Assembly (NCBI GenBank): GCA_951406725.2
Contig: OX597830.1
Location: forward strand, 10,168,001 to 10,232,000
DNA from: Octopus vulgaris
Taxonomy: Eukaryota
Direction of reading: 5' to 3'
Length of the DNA stretch: 64,000 nt
Below, piece by piece: positions 14,940-28,001 of the stretch; positions within the stretch are counted from its first letter, which is position 1; every line of letters starts with the position of its first letter. The notes under the pieces are model-generated. The model was given only the letters and a program-made list of their open reading frames with translations, did not search any database and was not told where the DNA came from. Both the position numbers and the translations under genes were made by a program.

Positions 14940-15590
14940 AGGAGGTGAGCAGAAAGAATCGGGAGTCGGACAAAATGCTTCTCAGCAATTGTTTGGACCT
15001 TTAGATTCTGAATTCAAATCCCGCTGAAGTCAGTTTTAACCTTCATCTTTTCGCGGTCGATAAAATAAAATATCAATCAAGTATCATTTAATAAAATCGA
15101 TTCACCTCATCCGCCTAAAATTGCTGGCCCTGAGCCAAACTTTGGAGCAGATAAGTTGTCGAACGGTAAAGTCGTTAGCGCACCGGAGAAAATGATTTAA
15201 GGAATTTTGGTTCTTACCTTCTGAGTTCAAATGCCGCTGAGATCAACCATGCTTTCATTTTTTCTTTATTTTTTTTTTTGAGCTGATGAAATAAAAATAC
15301 CAACTGATTACTAGGGTTCTATGTAGTCTATTACTAATTCCCCGATACTTGTTGGTTTTTTGCCGAACTATGAAGCCATTTAAGGTGGCAAGCTGGCTTT
15401 ATCATTAGCACATCGGATACAATGCTCGACCGGATTTCTTCCGGCACTTTACGTTCTGATTTCAAATTCTGACTCAATCATTTTCAGTCTGACATCCTCT
15501 TGGGAGTTCATAAAATGTGGTCGATATAATCGAGAAATATCCTCCCATTAAAATTTCTCTCCTTGAGTCAAAATTTGAAACTATCATTGT
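14940..15590 (+). mobile_element. Three old diverged SINE family B copies in tandem
   Basis: Degenerate ttctgagttcaaat...cctttcatc motifs. Confidence 0.6.
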
Positions 15591-16859
15591 AGATTCAACT
15601 GGGAATCGAAACCCGATTGCAGCCTTTAACTCTGAAGTATATATATTGCAATGAATTAATAAACCAATATCAAAATCCAAAATGGCGGTATTCAGAAAAT
15701 TGTTAGTTATCTGCAAAAGTAATACAAAAATTGCTGATAAAAGATAACACAATAAATATACTATAACTACCTATATGTCATAAATGATGAAAAAAAATGT
15801 CCTTAATGCTGTTTTTCCTTTTTTTTACCAGTGCGTGAAAGAACGGAAGAGATTAGATGCCGAGTAAAATATTAGTACGGATTATGAATTCCAAATAATA
15901 CATTATGAGAAAGATTATTCTTCAAAGACTCACTTTAATGTCGACGCCATGTATACATTTGGGTAGCAGACGATCTAATACGCAAATACTTGAAATGTTC
16001 TCATGAAAAGTTTTTCATAGGATTTTGGAGAAAGTTTAAGAATGTTTGATATTACACCAAAATTATATAATAAAAAACCTGGCAATAACACTTTCGAATA
16101 TTGAAAGTTTTACCAAATCTGACCAAGAAAATTTAGGTTTCATAAAAAATATAAAAAGTCTTGAAAAAATGTTTTATGTATATTTAAGTATTTTGAAAGC
16201 TAAATAGCTCGTTTTAATTTTTTTTGCACTTCTATTTGCAAGCGTGCAAATGTAGAGATTAGTGCGTTGTTTTCTTCATATATTTTTCAATAAGTAATTG
16301 CTAATGTTGCTTTATAAACTTAGGATAGGCAGAAATGAAAACTAAGCCGTTTACTTGACTTTTCCAGGACATTTTAGAAGAAATGAAACTAGATCTCGGA
16401 GTTTGCTAGTAAGAAACTTACCACTTACTTTTATATAAGTGTATAAATGTGAAAATTTATCACCATTTAAAAGTAGATGTTGCGCTAGAGTACACAATAC
16501 TGCAATATTTACCATGAGAAAAACTCTCATATGGTTTTGTGTTGCATACAAGCACTTTAATAAGCCCACTGGCCTTTAGCGACATCAGTGCCTGATTGGG
16601 CTCTGTGATTCTATGCCCATCGCTGGTGGAGTAGTTACTGCTATTACCAACAGTCGGGTATCTACGATTAAAGAAGGTCAAAGAAGGCGGAAATCACGTG
16701 ATTTCTGACAACAGAAGTGGCAGTGATTGCCTGCCGCTAGCAATGTAAGCGATGAAGTGCTTACATGCTCCACAAAACCGTGGGTTTGGTGAACGTCCTT
16801 TAAGTATACGCTGGCTCTCATGCTTAAGTCTCATTATATGTACACCACCATTGTTGCTT

Positions 16860-17405
16860 GAATATCGTTAACTGTGCAACATCACTTGTTAAACGTACAA
16901 CACATCTTCATCTGCTTCAATGAGCAGTTTTCTTGATGCTTAGATTTCACTAAACGAGGAAGATGCCGTTGCCTGCATCTCGTTAAGTGTGTAAGATATC
17001 GGGAACTTACATCTTGTTAGATGCGTAATTTTTCTGATGTTTACAACACGCTAGATATGCATCATCTCTCTTGTTAAATGTGCAGTATTTCTGATGTTTA
17101 TATCTCGTTACAGTACCACTGTTGTCTGTATCTTTTTAAGTGTGTAGGGTGCATACATTTTGATAAATGTGCAATTTATGTACAGCTTGCATCGCATTAG
17201 GTATGCTGCATCTATGATGCATATCTCTTATGAAATGTGCAAAACACATACATCTCGTTAAATGTGCAGTATTACTAATGGATAAAGCGCATCAAATGTG
17301 CAGCACCTGCTACCAGCATCTAGTAAATTGCTGTAATTCTGATGTGTCTAACTTGGTATAAATACTGCATGTTCGCTGCTAACATCTAATTAAATGTGCA
17401 GCTCT
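16860..17405. repeat. Diverged tandem repeat, about 30-35 bp unit with core CATCTCGTTAAATGTGCAG
   Basis: About 15 degenerate recurrences of catct.gttaaatgtgca. Confidence 0.7.
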
Positions 17406-17995
17406 GCCTTCATCCTTCCAAGGTCAATAACATTAAATACCAACCAAATAGAAGGGGCGGGGGTAGAGACTACCCACCCTCACTTAAAACGACTGCATTC
17501 TTTTCTACTAAAATTAGAAATAATCCTTTCTACTAAAGGCACAAGACCTGACATTTTGGGGGGAGGGGGCTAGTCGTTACATCGACACCAGTGTTCGCCT
17601 CGTACTTACTGTATCGACCCCGAAAGGATGAAGGCAAAGTCAACCTCGGCGGAATTTGAACTCAGACGGACAAAATGCTGGGCAGCATTTTGTCCGACGT
17701 GCTAACGATTCTACTAGCTGACCATCCTAACCAAAATTAGAAATAATAACAATATTCATTATTAATATTATTATTATTATTATTATTAAGCTAGTACATA
17801 AGGTGGTGAGCTGACAGAATTGATAGCACGCCAAGCAAAATGCTTTACGTTTTGAGTTTAAATTCCACCGAGGTCGACTTTGCCTTTCATCCTTTCGGGG
17901 ACGATAAAGTAAGCACCAGCTAAGAACTTCGGTCGATGTAATTGACATACCACTTCCCCCAAAATTGCAGGCCTTGTGCTAAAATTTGAAACTGT
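17400..17995. mobile_element. Cluster of SINE family B copies (17400-17520 +, 17522-17727 -, 17801-17995 +)
   Basis: Homology to family B. Confidence 0.75.
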
Positions 17996-18044
17996 TATTA
18001 AGCTAGTACATGGAAATTTAATTAGCAGGGATTAGCGACAAGTT

Positions 18045-18390
18045 AAGTGGAAATCTCAAGCATCTTCCTGGAGGTTTTCCTCAAGCATCTTTCTGCAGAG
18101 TAAAGAATGGTATTTTTCTGCTGGTCGACAATGCGAATATCAGATCCAAACTCTTTCAGTCTTTTACGTAGCATTTTGGGTGTGGTGCCAAGTACACCAA
18201 TTATTACAGTAATAATTGTTGCCTTGGTCTCCCACAGTCTCCTCAGCTCTCTGGATCGATTCTGATCTTTTTCATTTTTTTCCAATTACTTTTGTATCGA
18301 CTCTGCTATCACAGGAAATTGCAACAATCTATGACCTTACACTGTTTGTATATTTCGTCCTTTATAATCTGGTCTTCTTGCTTCAATAGT
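18045..18390 (-). mobile_element. Second R4/Dong-like LINE endonuclease fragment
   Basis: EARRPD...ELRRLWETKATIITVIIGVLGT. Confidence 0.7.
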
Positions 18391-18435
18391 AAGGTCAGTA
18401 ATATTATAATGTTAGCATTATTATTATTAATATTA

Positions 18436-19177
18436 CCCAGTAGTCTTGTTTTTATAACGTGCTTTCACTACGCTACTGAACGCAGATCTGTTTTCCTTGG
18501 GTATGTGCTGTGGTTTGCTGTGATGTTCTTGTGGTTACTCTATTGAAAGTGTTTTACGTAGGATGTACGCAGTACCTAGTAGCGCTATTTTCTGTATGTT
18601 ATATATACTTGTTAATCTTGGTGTTTTTGTTATGTATTTGTCTGAATAATTTTTTATTATACCTAATGCACCCACTATGATAGGAATTGCTTCTGTTTTT
18701 AAACTCCATATTCGAGTTACTACTATTTCCAGGTCTTTGTATTTTGGAAGTTTCTCCATTTCTTTTAGGGAAACGTTGTCATTTGATGGTATTGCTACAT
18801 CAATTAGAAAGTATTTTTTTCTTCATGATCTGTGACAATTATGTCTGGCCTATTGGCCTTAATTTCTCTATCTGTGTGTATTGGCATATCCCAGAGTATT
18901 GTTACTTTCTCGTTTTCTGTGACCCTTTTCTGGCGTGTGCCAATACCATCTTTTTTCTGTTGTTATTCCATAGTGTTGACATAGCCTCCAGTGTATGTAG
19001 GTCCCATTCTTGTCATGTCTGTGAATATAATCCTTCTTAACCAGCACTGAGCAGCCTGAGCCAATATGATTTATTGTTTCTTGTCCATCTCCACATATTC
19101 TGCAGTTACTTGTTATGTTTCTTTTCATTATATGTTTTTGGTAATTTCTGGTGGGGAGGCTATGGCCTTGTGCTGCA
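18436..19177 (-). mobile_element. R4/Dong-like restriction-endonuclease LINE 3' fragment
   Basis: AAQ..LPTRNY, zinc knuckle CRICGDGQETINHIGSGC, RHD, RPDIIV...IDVAIP, KYKDLEI, PIIVGALG, QKIALLGTAYILRKTL; 3' end in (TAA)n. Confidence 0.88.
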
Positions 19178-19279
19178 AGTCAAGTTTATTTCAGATATTC
19201 TCATTTTAAAAATCATCTCCGGTTAATCGTTGGTGTTGCCCTGGCGGAGGTTTGCGCTCTCTGAGTGCTCTTGTTATTG

Positions 19280-19440
19280 CGGCGAGTTGGCAGAGTCGTT
19301 AAGCGTGCCGGACAAAGTATTCAGGAGCATTACGTCCGTTTTTCTCATTCTGAATTCAAATTCTGCCAAGGTCGACTTTGTCTTTCATCTTGTCGGGGTC
19401 GATAAAGTACCAGTAAATTTCAGGCCTTGGTATCTATAAT
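19280..19440 (+). mobile_element. SINE family B
   Basis: Homology to family B. Confidence 0.75.
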
Positions 19441-19467
19441 AGAAATTATTATTATTATAAATATTAT

Positions 19468-20018
19468 TGCGTGGGAGAGCAGCACATGCCATCAAAGTGA
19501 CACTAGGGTAAAATATGCGAAGCCCAATATACCCATCATGATTACCAGGCTGATAAGGGTACACCAGGCACATGCATCACAACCATATGTACGCGACATG
19601 GTGATCTCATATCAAGATAAACAGTGCATGATCTTGCAGGTGGGTCCCAGCTTTCTTCAGGTCGAGTAGCCCATCCCGCTCAAAAGGTCTCTGGATAAGG
19701 GTTGTTTAAAGATGTTGAAGGAAACACCCATGTTTCCAAAGGTTAATTATTCAAACCCAAAGAATTCCTCTCAACACATGGCTATGATGCCCCCTCACTA
19801 CTTCTGCTCCTGATCAGAGATGCACATATCGTCAGCCAACAAGGGACATGGTCAACTGGTTAAGGTCAAACAACTAACAAGCAAATCTGTGGTATTGAGC
19901 AGAATATTTGCTGTAGCCCATCTTTTATACCGAGACAAAACAATGTACATGATGACACTTCCAATCAGTTAAGATCAGAAGCCATGAGAGCCACTGCCTG
20001 GTGCTGCATCAGGGCATT
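19468..20018. mobile_element. Interspersed repeat family D in (TAA)n context; partial copies at 14590-14920 and 12195-12390
   Basis: Three homologous copies in the window; the full copy is bounded by (TAT)n tracts; no coding capacity recognised. Confidence 0.7.
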
Positions 20019-20029
20019 TTATTATTATG

Positions 20030-20068
<39 letters not shown>

Positions 20069-20379
20069 GTTATTATTATTATTGTTATTTTTATTATGCA
20101 AAAGAGCGTGATGCGAGTTGTAATAGTTTATTTAACAGTTTGAACAATATTTCAACAGATCATCTATTTTCTTTTCGTTCAAAACATAAAATGAAAAAGA
20201 AAAACCCGCAGACAACACAGAATTTTAATATATAAACGAGGAATCCCTGCGTTCTTATTTAGATAAAATGACGTCATCATTTTTCACTTTAACTGGTAAA
20301 AGGAAAAAGACGAAAGAAAAATAGGAAAAAAATACTTAGTCGAACAGTTTTGTATAAATGCGATGTAATTCCCATGATA

Positions 20380-20950
20380 TTTTATTCCCTACTTCAGGAC
20401 CCAATGTTAGTAATTTACAGAAATATTTGTCGCACATTTTAAGGACTGAAAGTGTAATAGTCAGCAAATTTTCTGAGAAAGTACACTTTCAGGTGTTCTT
20501 CGAAATTGCTGCCGTTCTATGTAAAATGTTCGGCAGGTTTTGACAAACTATTTCTATAGTTCCTGGCATCGTACCTATGTTCATTAAATCTTGTGTTTAA
20601 TTATTTATTCTGTACAACAAACACATATCAAGTTGTGTATGGTGCATTCTACAATGGGAATCTTTACAGGTCCCATCTTTTGTATAAACCATAATATTTC
20701 TGTTATGATTTTTGATGGAATTGACTTGTCTAAACGACCAGGATTACCATTGTTTTGTAGGTTTCCAAGAGTAGCCCTCAGACGTAGATCTCACTTTCGA
20801 GGAATTTTTCTTTTGATATTTTTTCCATATCTTATTCTTATAATTTGTTGATACGCTGTTTGTGTAAGCCCACACTTTATCGTCCAACGTGCTGTCTGCA
20901 CAGTCACCCATCTCTTTTGTCAGCATTTGTGGTTAATACGAAAGTCTTAT
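20380..20950 (-). pseudogene. Decayed Penelope-like element GIY-YIG endonuclease region
   Basis: Manual minus-strand translation across frameshifts gives RYGKNIKRK (linker), ECTIHNLICVCCT (degenerate C..YVGxT), RFNEHRYDARNYRNSLSKPAEHF (20591-20523) and KYFCKLLTLGPEVGN (LxTLxPxGLN-like). The motifs are in the order seen in PLE endonucleases. Confidence 0.65.
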
Positions 20951-21234
20951 TACTTTTACAATCGTTATGGGAAGAAGGGTTGGCGTGGGGCCCGAAATAC
21001 ATAGCGGCACAGATTGTTGTTCCTCGTGTTCTGAGTTGAAACCCCTTGGTCATCTTTGCGCTTCATCCGGTTGGTATTGATGAAATAGGTAGCAGTCAAA
21101 CACTGCATGGATCCAGTAGACAAACCCACTTCCCCTACAGGTGGTGGCCTTGAGCCAAAATCTGAAAAGGTCATAATTGGTTGTTATTAGTATTATTATT
21201 CAATATGTATATATATATATATATATATATAAAT

Positions 21235-21274
<40 letters not shown>

Positions 21275-21445
21275 GGAGTAAACACATAAATGTGAAACAA
21301 GGTGGAAAAAAGAGTACTCAAATACCAGTGGTAGAGTAATATGCTTTATAATATGCTTTATAAATAAAGTATATATATATATATATATATATATTTGTAC
21401 ATGTATGTATATATATATATATATATATACATTTATGTATGTATA

Positions 21446-21485
<40 letters not shown>

Positions 21486-21829
21486 TGTATGTATAAATAT
21501 ATATATGCATTATATGTATATATATTTATATACACTTAAATATACTCATGTACGCACGAGCATATATATATATGTATGTATTTAGGGACCGAGGTGTAGG
21601 GAAAAGTTTAGCTTCAAGTAACCCGTATTAAATATAAGAAAAAACTTTCAGGGACAATGGTGTTTTTTTGAGAAGGAAGGTTATGGATTTGTTTTTTTTT
21701 GGGGGGGTTATTTTGTACCGAAGAACGATAAGCTGAAAAAAATTCTTTTTATATTCCACAGTAGGCGACCAGGGTTGCCAGGTGTGCGAATAAAAATACA
21801 TAGTTTAAGGAATGAAGGAGACAAGACCA

Positions 21830-21914
21830 GGCCTACATATGTTTCATAACGAGTGGAACCTCAGACGTCGTAAATATCGAAACGGGGTGTATACCGCAGG
21901 CTGTTCTTCAGGCC
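21830..21914 (-). ncRNA. Decayed type I hammerhead motif
   Basis: Minus strand reads GGC-CTGAAGA-ACAGC...GTTAT-GAAA-CATATG-TA-GGCC. Intact core and palindromic stem III; stems I and II imperfect. Confidence 0.55.
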
Positions 21915-22964
21915 AAGGACATCTTGATCAAATGAAAGTTTCCATTGTCATAAGGAGGTACGTGTTAACAAGTGGCAGATTCAATCAGAATATATACACA
22001 TTCATACACACATGTGTATATATGTGCATGTGTGTGTGTGTGTATGCGTATATTTCTACACAAATAATTGGTTCATCATTATATAATTCTTATGTAATGA
22101 GTCCTATATTTCGAAGAATATTCTAAAACCAAGATTTCCCATCCAGGTTCGGTTTGTTTAATACTCAAACATTTATATAATTCTTTTCACCAAAGTCCCA
22201 ATACAGAGTGAGTTATGGATAAATAAATATACAGTGTCATGGCGGCGTATATTTATTTACTGATAATTCCTTTTAGTCATCTAGGATAACAGAAAATATA
22301 GACTAATAGGTTTAACGAGTCCTCTATGTGTGTGTATGTGTATGTATGTATATAGCTGTGTGTACAATTTAAGCCGTATAACATTCAACGTCAATAAAAT
22401 ACGCACACATATATATTTATAATTTAGTGTGAGTGATTGTGTATAAGTATGAATAAATGTATATATACATACATATTTATATACACTCACAGGCACGCAC
22501 ACACACACGTGTATATATAAATGTATAGACACATAAACACTTCCATGAATATGTGCGGTTATATGCAAATGTAAAACACGATACAGAGATGTTATTCGCT
22601 TATAGAATTCTGGAATAACAGAAGTATATTAGCATCGTATGTATTCTTAAATGCAGTCTGTCAACTTCGATCAGCATTCTGGATTGGAATCCATACACGA
22701 CAAATACATCGAACCCTAATCGCGTTCCCTTCAGTTCGACATTTGCATTTGCGCTCTCTTCGCATATTCCAGCCGGAGAGCGCTACGTTGTGATACATAC
22801 ATACATACATGCACACACACACACACTTAGCTCTATATGTACATAGATATAAGTATATGTACATAGATATATTTTTATGTACAATTTATATGTATGTATA
22901 TATATATATATATACACTCATAATTATGCACACACATCCATGTATATATATGCATATATAAACA

Positions 22965-23192
22965 TTTCTTTAATACAAGGGGGCTAAACATAGAGGGGAC
23001 AAAGAAGGAAAGAAAAACGGATTAAGTCGATTACATCGACTCCAATACGAAACTGGTACTTCATTTATCGACCCCGAAAGGATGAAAGGCAAAATCTACC
23101 TCGGCTGAATTTGAACTCAGAACGTAACGACAGACGAAATACCGCTAAGCATTTCGCCCGGCGTACTAACGTTTCTGCCAGCCCACCGCCTT
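22965..23192 (-). mobile_element. SINE family B
   Basis: Homology to family B. Confidence 0.85.
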
Positions 23193-24453
23193 ATATATAT
23201 ATATATTTTTTAATGTGGGATAAAACTTTTTTCGAAAAAAAATTTTATCAATGGCCAGCATATTAAAAAATATCTTTAAAGGTTAAAATTATAAACAACT
23301 TATAAATAAGGGCAAACGAAAAAATTTCTAATGCCAAATATATATACACACACATATATATGCATATATGTGTGTGTATGTGTGTGAATGTGTGTAGGGA
23401 TGTGGGGTGTCTGTGTTGTATGGAATATATGTGAAATTATTTCGGAATCTTTCGTTTATGTATAGCTATTATATATATAACTAACATGTAGAGGTTTCCA
23501 TCGTTGCCAAAGACATGCATAAATACACAGCCATTGCCAGACATATATACACTCGTAACGAATGACGTATGTGGATTTTGTGCCAACAATCACGGTGGTT
23601 TATGAAGGTAATCGAAAATCTAATGAATAAATGATTTTACTTTATTACAAATGTAACTACAGCATTTTTTCATACATTTTAAATTCTACGGAATTACGTT
23701 TCACTAAAATACGTTTCCTCATTTGTTGATATATATATGATAGGCCGAGCATCTATTATTTCGTGTTCATTATTTTCTATTGTTACTTAACGACAGATAG
23801 CTACTTGACGTCATATTCACGGTGGCCTTTTGTATAACATTCTGAGTTAATGTATCAAGAGTGAAGCATAAGTTTCTAGATGGACGCAACAATTTTCCTG
23901 TACTAAAAGACCCTGGTTAACAGCCATAAGGGACTGTAACACTCGAACTCTGTAACTATGTTGCTGTAGCAACCTTCAGGTTACAGGTGGATGTTGAAGA
24001 AGTCAAAATTGCATAAAACAAAACCCTACAAACACCAAATATACGATGTTTCTGACTTTATTCTAATTTCTTGATGTTTGGGCAAGTCCCACGACCCACC
24101 AGTATTTTAGGCTTTTTTCTTTGTAGAATCTTCAGAGGCTGGATTTTTTTTTTTTTTTCAGAAAATCAAATGGCTCGGCAAATGTTACCGAGACCGCGAT
24201 GTCAAAATTATACTCTAATTAAATTTTAAAAGATTCTGTTAATTATTTGGAAGTCCTCAAAGGAAAAAAAATCTGATTTAAAAAAAAAAAATTAACGAAA
24301 GTATTAAAGTTTCGCAAGGAAGAATTGGGTTAGGAAATCAATGAAATGGAAAAATAACCATCACTTATAACGTTTACGTGGAATATCGGTGAATTGATAA
24401 TGATAAGGAATAAAAATAAAAGACGTAAATGGCTGTGCAGAAATTTAACAAAA

Positions 24454-25058
24454 GGCGGCGAACTGGCAGAACTGTTTGCACACCGGGCGAAATGCTCAGC
24501 GGTATTTCGTCTTCCGTTACGTTCTGAGTTCAAATTCCGCCGAGGTCGACTTTGCCTTTCATCCTTTCGGGGTCGATTAAATAAGTAGTAGTTACGCATT
24601 GGAGTCGATATAATCGACTTAATCCGTTTGTCTGTCCTTGTTTGTCCTCTCTGTGTTTAGCCCCTTGTGGGTAGTAAAGAAATAGGTATTTCGTCTGCCG
24701 TTACGTTCTGAGTTCAAATTCCGCCGAGGTCGACTTTGCCTTTCATCCTTTCGGGGTCGATTAAATAAGTAGTAGTTACGCATTGGGGTCGATATAATCG
24801 ACTTAATCTGTTTGTCTGTCCTTGTTTGTCCTCTCTGTGTTTAGCCCCTTGTGGGTAGTAAAGAAATAGGTATTTCGTCTGCCGTTACGTTCTGAGTTCA
24901 AATTCCGCCGAGGTCGACTTTGCCTTTCATCCTTTTGGGGTCGATTAAATAAGTAGCAGTTACGCATTGGGGTCGATATAATCGACTTAATCTGTTTGTC
25001 TGTTCTTGTTTGTCCCCTTCTGTGTGTAGCCCCTTGTGAGCAATAAGGGAATAAGAAA
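24454..25058 (+). mobile_element. tRNA-derived SINE family B with three tandem 184-bp body units
   Basis: Head GGCGGCGAACTGGCAGAA..., B-box-like GAGTTCAAATTCC, central GACTTTGCCTTTCATCCTTTCGGGGTCGAT. Units start at 24501, 24685 and 24869. Confidence 0.9.
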
Positions 25059-25377
25059 TTTAACAAACTAGGTTATGAAACTATGTCTCCTACACGTACC
25101 TCCTCAGATTTCTGTGCACACGACTACCTCACTCTCAAACATACCGATAGCTTCCTAGAAAAGGTCTTCAAAAAAACCAAGCCACAAAACTGCATCAGCT
25201 AACAGTTCCACGACTACGGAATTCTCAGCTACTGATGTATATACATGCATCTATAGTAAATTGAACTGCGTAAAAAAATCGACAAGAAGAGTATATCTAA
25301 TGACAGTCCAATATTAATGTATGCGCTTCACTCCACATGCATTACACGCGCTACATGACAAGTACGGGAAACTATTA

Positions 25378-25409
<32 letters not shown>

Positions 25410-25418
<9 letters not shown>

Positions 25419-26875
25419 AATCGTTTTGCGTGTCTGTGTGTGTGTGTGTGTGTCTTCTAGGATCTCGGGCATCCTCCATCCGATTGCGCTCAAATTTGAT
25501 ATGTAGATACAGTCTTGAAAAAATTACAAAAGTTGATTCCAGGTGAGAATGCGATCGATAAATCCGTGGAACGTGCATTTGTACGCGCAAGTACATCAGC
25601 TGTTGCGATCGATTCTGGGTCCGATGAACTTTGTCAGACAGTTTACCCCGATCTATCTTCTAATTTCGGTGACCATCAATGGTTGTGTGATAGAGCCATT
25701 TTAGCGCCAACCAATGCCAACGTCAATACGCTTATCACTCGCCTCCTTCGTCAACTCCCGGTCCAGGAACGAATCTACACATCCGTCAATTCAATTACTG
25801 ACCCAGAGCAAGTCATGGTGTAACCGACTGAATTTCTTAACTCACAAGAACCATCGGGTTTGCCACCCCATAAACTCTGCCTCAAGGTTGGAAGTCCCAT
25901 TATTCTCCTCCGAAACTTGGAACCCCACGACTTTGCAATGGCACTCAGTTGGTTCTCACCCAACTTTTGGATGGCATTCTCGAGGCAAAAGTTATCAAGG
26001 AGCAGGGGATTTTGTTTTTATTTCCCGCATGCCATTGAATCCGTCGGACTGTGTTTACCCGATGAAACGCGTTCAATTCCCTATTCGACTGAGCTTCGCG
26101 ATGACCATCAACAAAGCACAGGGGCAGTCATTGAAAGTCGTGGGGTTGGACCTCAGCACTCCCTGCTTTTCGCACGGACAACTGTATGTGGGCTGTTCGA
26201 GGATTGGCTGTTCGACAAACCTTTTCTACTACGCTCCTGGCGGAGTAGCAAGGTATGTGGTTTACAAGGCTGCGCTCCACTAGCTTTTCCATGCCCTTGA
26301 ACATCCCGTTAAATAAGTAAGCTTAAAATTAGTTTCTTAGTTACTTAGGTTATTGCTTTTCATCAAAAATCGCCCCAAGTTGATTTCCTACATGCTTTAT
26401 CGGATAAACTTATTATTGTCCCAGGTACGTTCTCATAAATTCATCATGCTTTCCCATCTAGATTTACCTCCAGCTAACCCATTTGCATGCATCGTTTTTG
26501 TCCTGCTTTTCTTCCGTCAACCTGTACATAACTGCACCTTCCATTTTTTGTTGTTTTTGTACTGCTTAAAGGCACGTTTCTTTCCTGCCAAGCTTACTGT
26601 TTAAACCATGTTTGTGTTCTCCCAGTCAACAGCCTTATCATTACTGGTACTTTAAACTCTTCGGTTGCATATTTGTGTGATTAAAATCGTTTTTCTTTGG
26701 AATAGAAAAAAAAGTCTATCTTTATTTCTTCTTTTGCTGGTGTCTCAAATTTAGGTTAAATCAGTATTTCTCAAAGAGGAGGTCTATGAGACGGTCGGAC
26801 AAGTTGTTTTGAGAAAATTTGGTTTAAATGTGTGACAACTCAGCACCGTCCATTGGACGGGGGGCGTTTTCCTCG
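25410..26875 (+). mobile_element. Internally deleted Helitron with PIF1-type helicase remnant
   Basis: Frameshifted helicase motifs [27 protein letters not shown] and [20 protein letters not shown]...[12 protein letters not shown] (about 25590-26283). 3' hairpin CCGTCCA-T-TGGACGG (26846-26860) followed by CTCG|T, a CTRR-like end. The 5' end merges into (TA)n. Confidence 0.88.
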
Positions 26876-26886
26876 TATATGTACAT

Positions 26887-27045
26887 AGGGAGAATTCACA
26901 AAAAAAAAAGACGAAGACAGATGGTGTAGACAACAAACAACTGTATTAGTATAACGCTCGGGAAGGGAAAAAGACTTTAACGTTTCGAGCCTACGCTCTT
27001 CCACAGAAAGAAGCACATAAAGAAACAAGGAGAGAAAATAGAGAA
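26887..27045 (-). mobile_element. Copy of the A6U-hammerhead element (motif at 26975-27010)
   Basis: Same sequence family as 2895-3085. Confidence 0.6.
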
Positions 27046-27061
27046 CATGAATATATATATA

Positions 27062-27277
27062 TTACTCTTTTACTTATTTCAGTCATTTGACTGCGGCCAT
27101 GCTGGAGCACCGCCTTTAATCGAGAAACTCGACCCCGGGACTTATTCTTTTGTAAGCCCAGTACTTATTCTATCGGTCTCTTTTGCCGAACCGCTAAGTA
27201 ACGGGGACATATGCACACCAGCATCGGTTGTCAAGCAATGCTAGGGGGACAAACACAGACACACAAACACACACACG

Positions 27278-27331
<54 letters not shown>

Positions 27332-27503
27332 CATATATACGACGGGCTTCTTTCAGTTTCCGTCTACCAAATCCACTCAGAAGGCTTTGGTCAGCCCGAG
27401 GCTATAGTAGAAGACAGTTGCCCAAGGTGCCACGCAGTGGGGCTGAACCCGGAACCATGTGGCTTGTAAGCAAGCTACTTACCACACAGCCACTCCTGCG
27501 CCT
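27062..27503 (-). mobile_element. tRNA-derived SINE family A (CORE-like), full length
   Basis: Minus-strand head GGCGCAGGAGTGGCTGTGTGG...GGTTCAGCCCC (A/B-box-like), then CCTTGGGCAA, an internal microsatellite, and a tail ending CAGCATGGCCGCAGTCAAATGACTGAAA. About 20 copies in the window. Confidence 0.9.
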
Positions 27504-27963
27504 ATATATATATATATATATAGTATGTTATAATATATCTTAAACATATATACATACTTGTGTAAATACGTGTGTACATATAGATAGATAGATAGATAGA
27601 AACACATACACATATACATATTTGTTTTTCGTTCAGAGAAGTATGTTGATTTTAGTGTCTATAATTTCCAGTAATAGAATTTATTGTGAGCAGACATCAT
27701 ATTGCTTTTAAATTGATGCAAAAAAAAAAAAAATTCCAGCAATAATCATAATTTATTGCATTAACCTGATATGTGCATATTTATGTATTTAGACGTGACG
27801 CAACATTGCCCTGCTGCATATTCCCAGCAGGTCTTGTCTCAGCCAAACACTTTCTTGCGGCGATTGAAATCCCCCCGCCAAATATCGCATTACAGGCGTA
27901 CGTATAAGCATTTACATTAACTGTAAAAGCCAAGCATTTAGACAAACCATACACTTATGTACA

Positions 27964-28001
<38 letters not shown>

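Noticed and set aside
16860-17405. CRISPR-like repeat-spacer appearance
   Set aside because: The repeats are degenerate, the linkers are short and mutually related, the context is eukaryotic, and there are no cas genes.
19200-19275. GGCGGAGGTTTGCGCTCTCTGAGTGCTCTTGTT, resembling a non-autonomous Helitron/Helentron 3' end
   Set aside because: Too short, with no matching 5' end, to annotate as an element.
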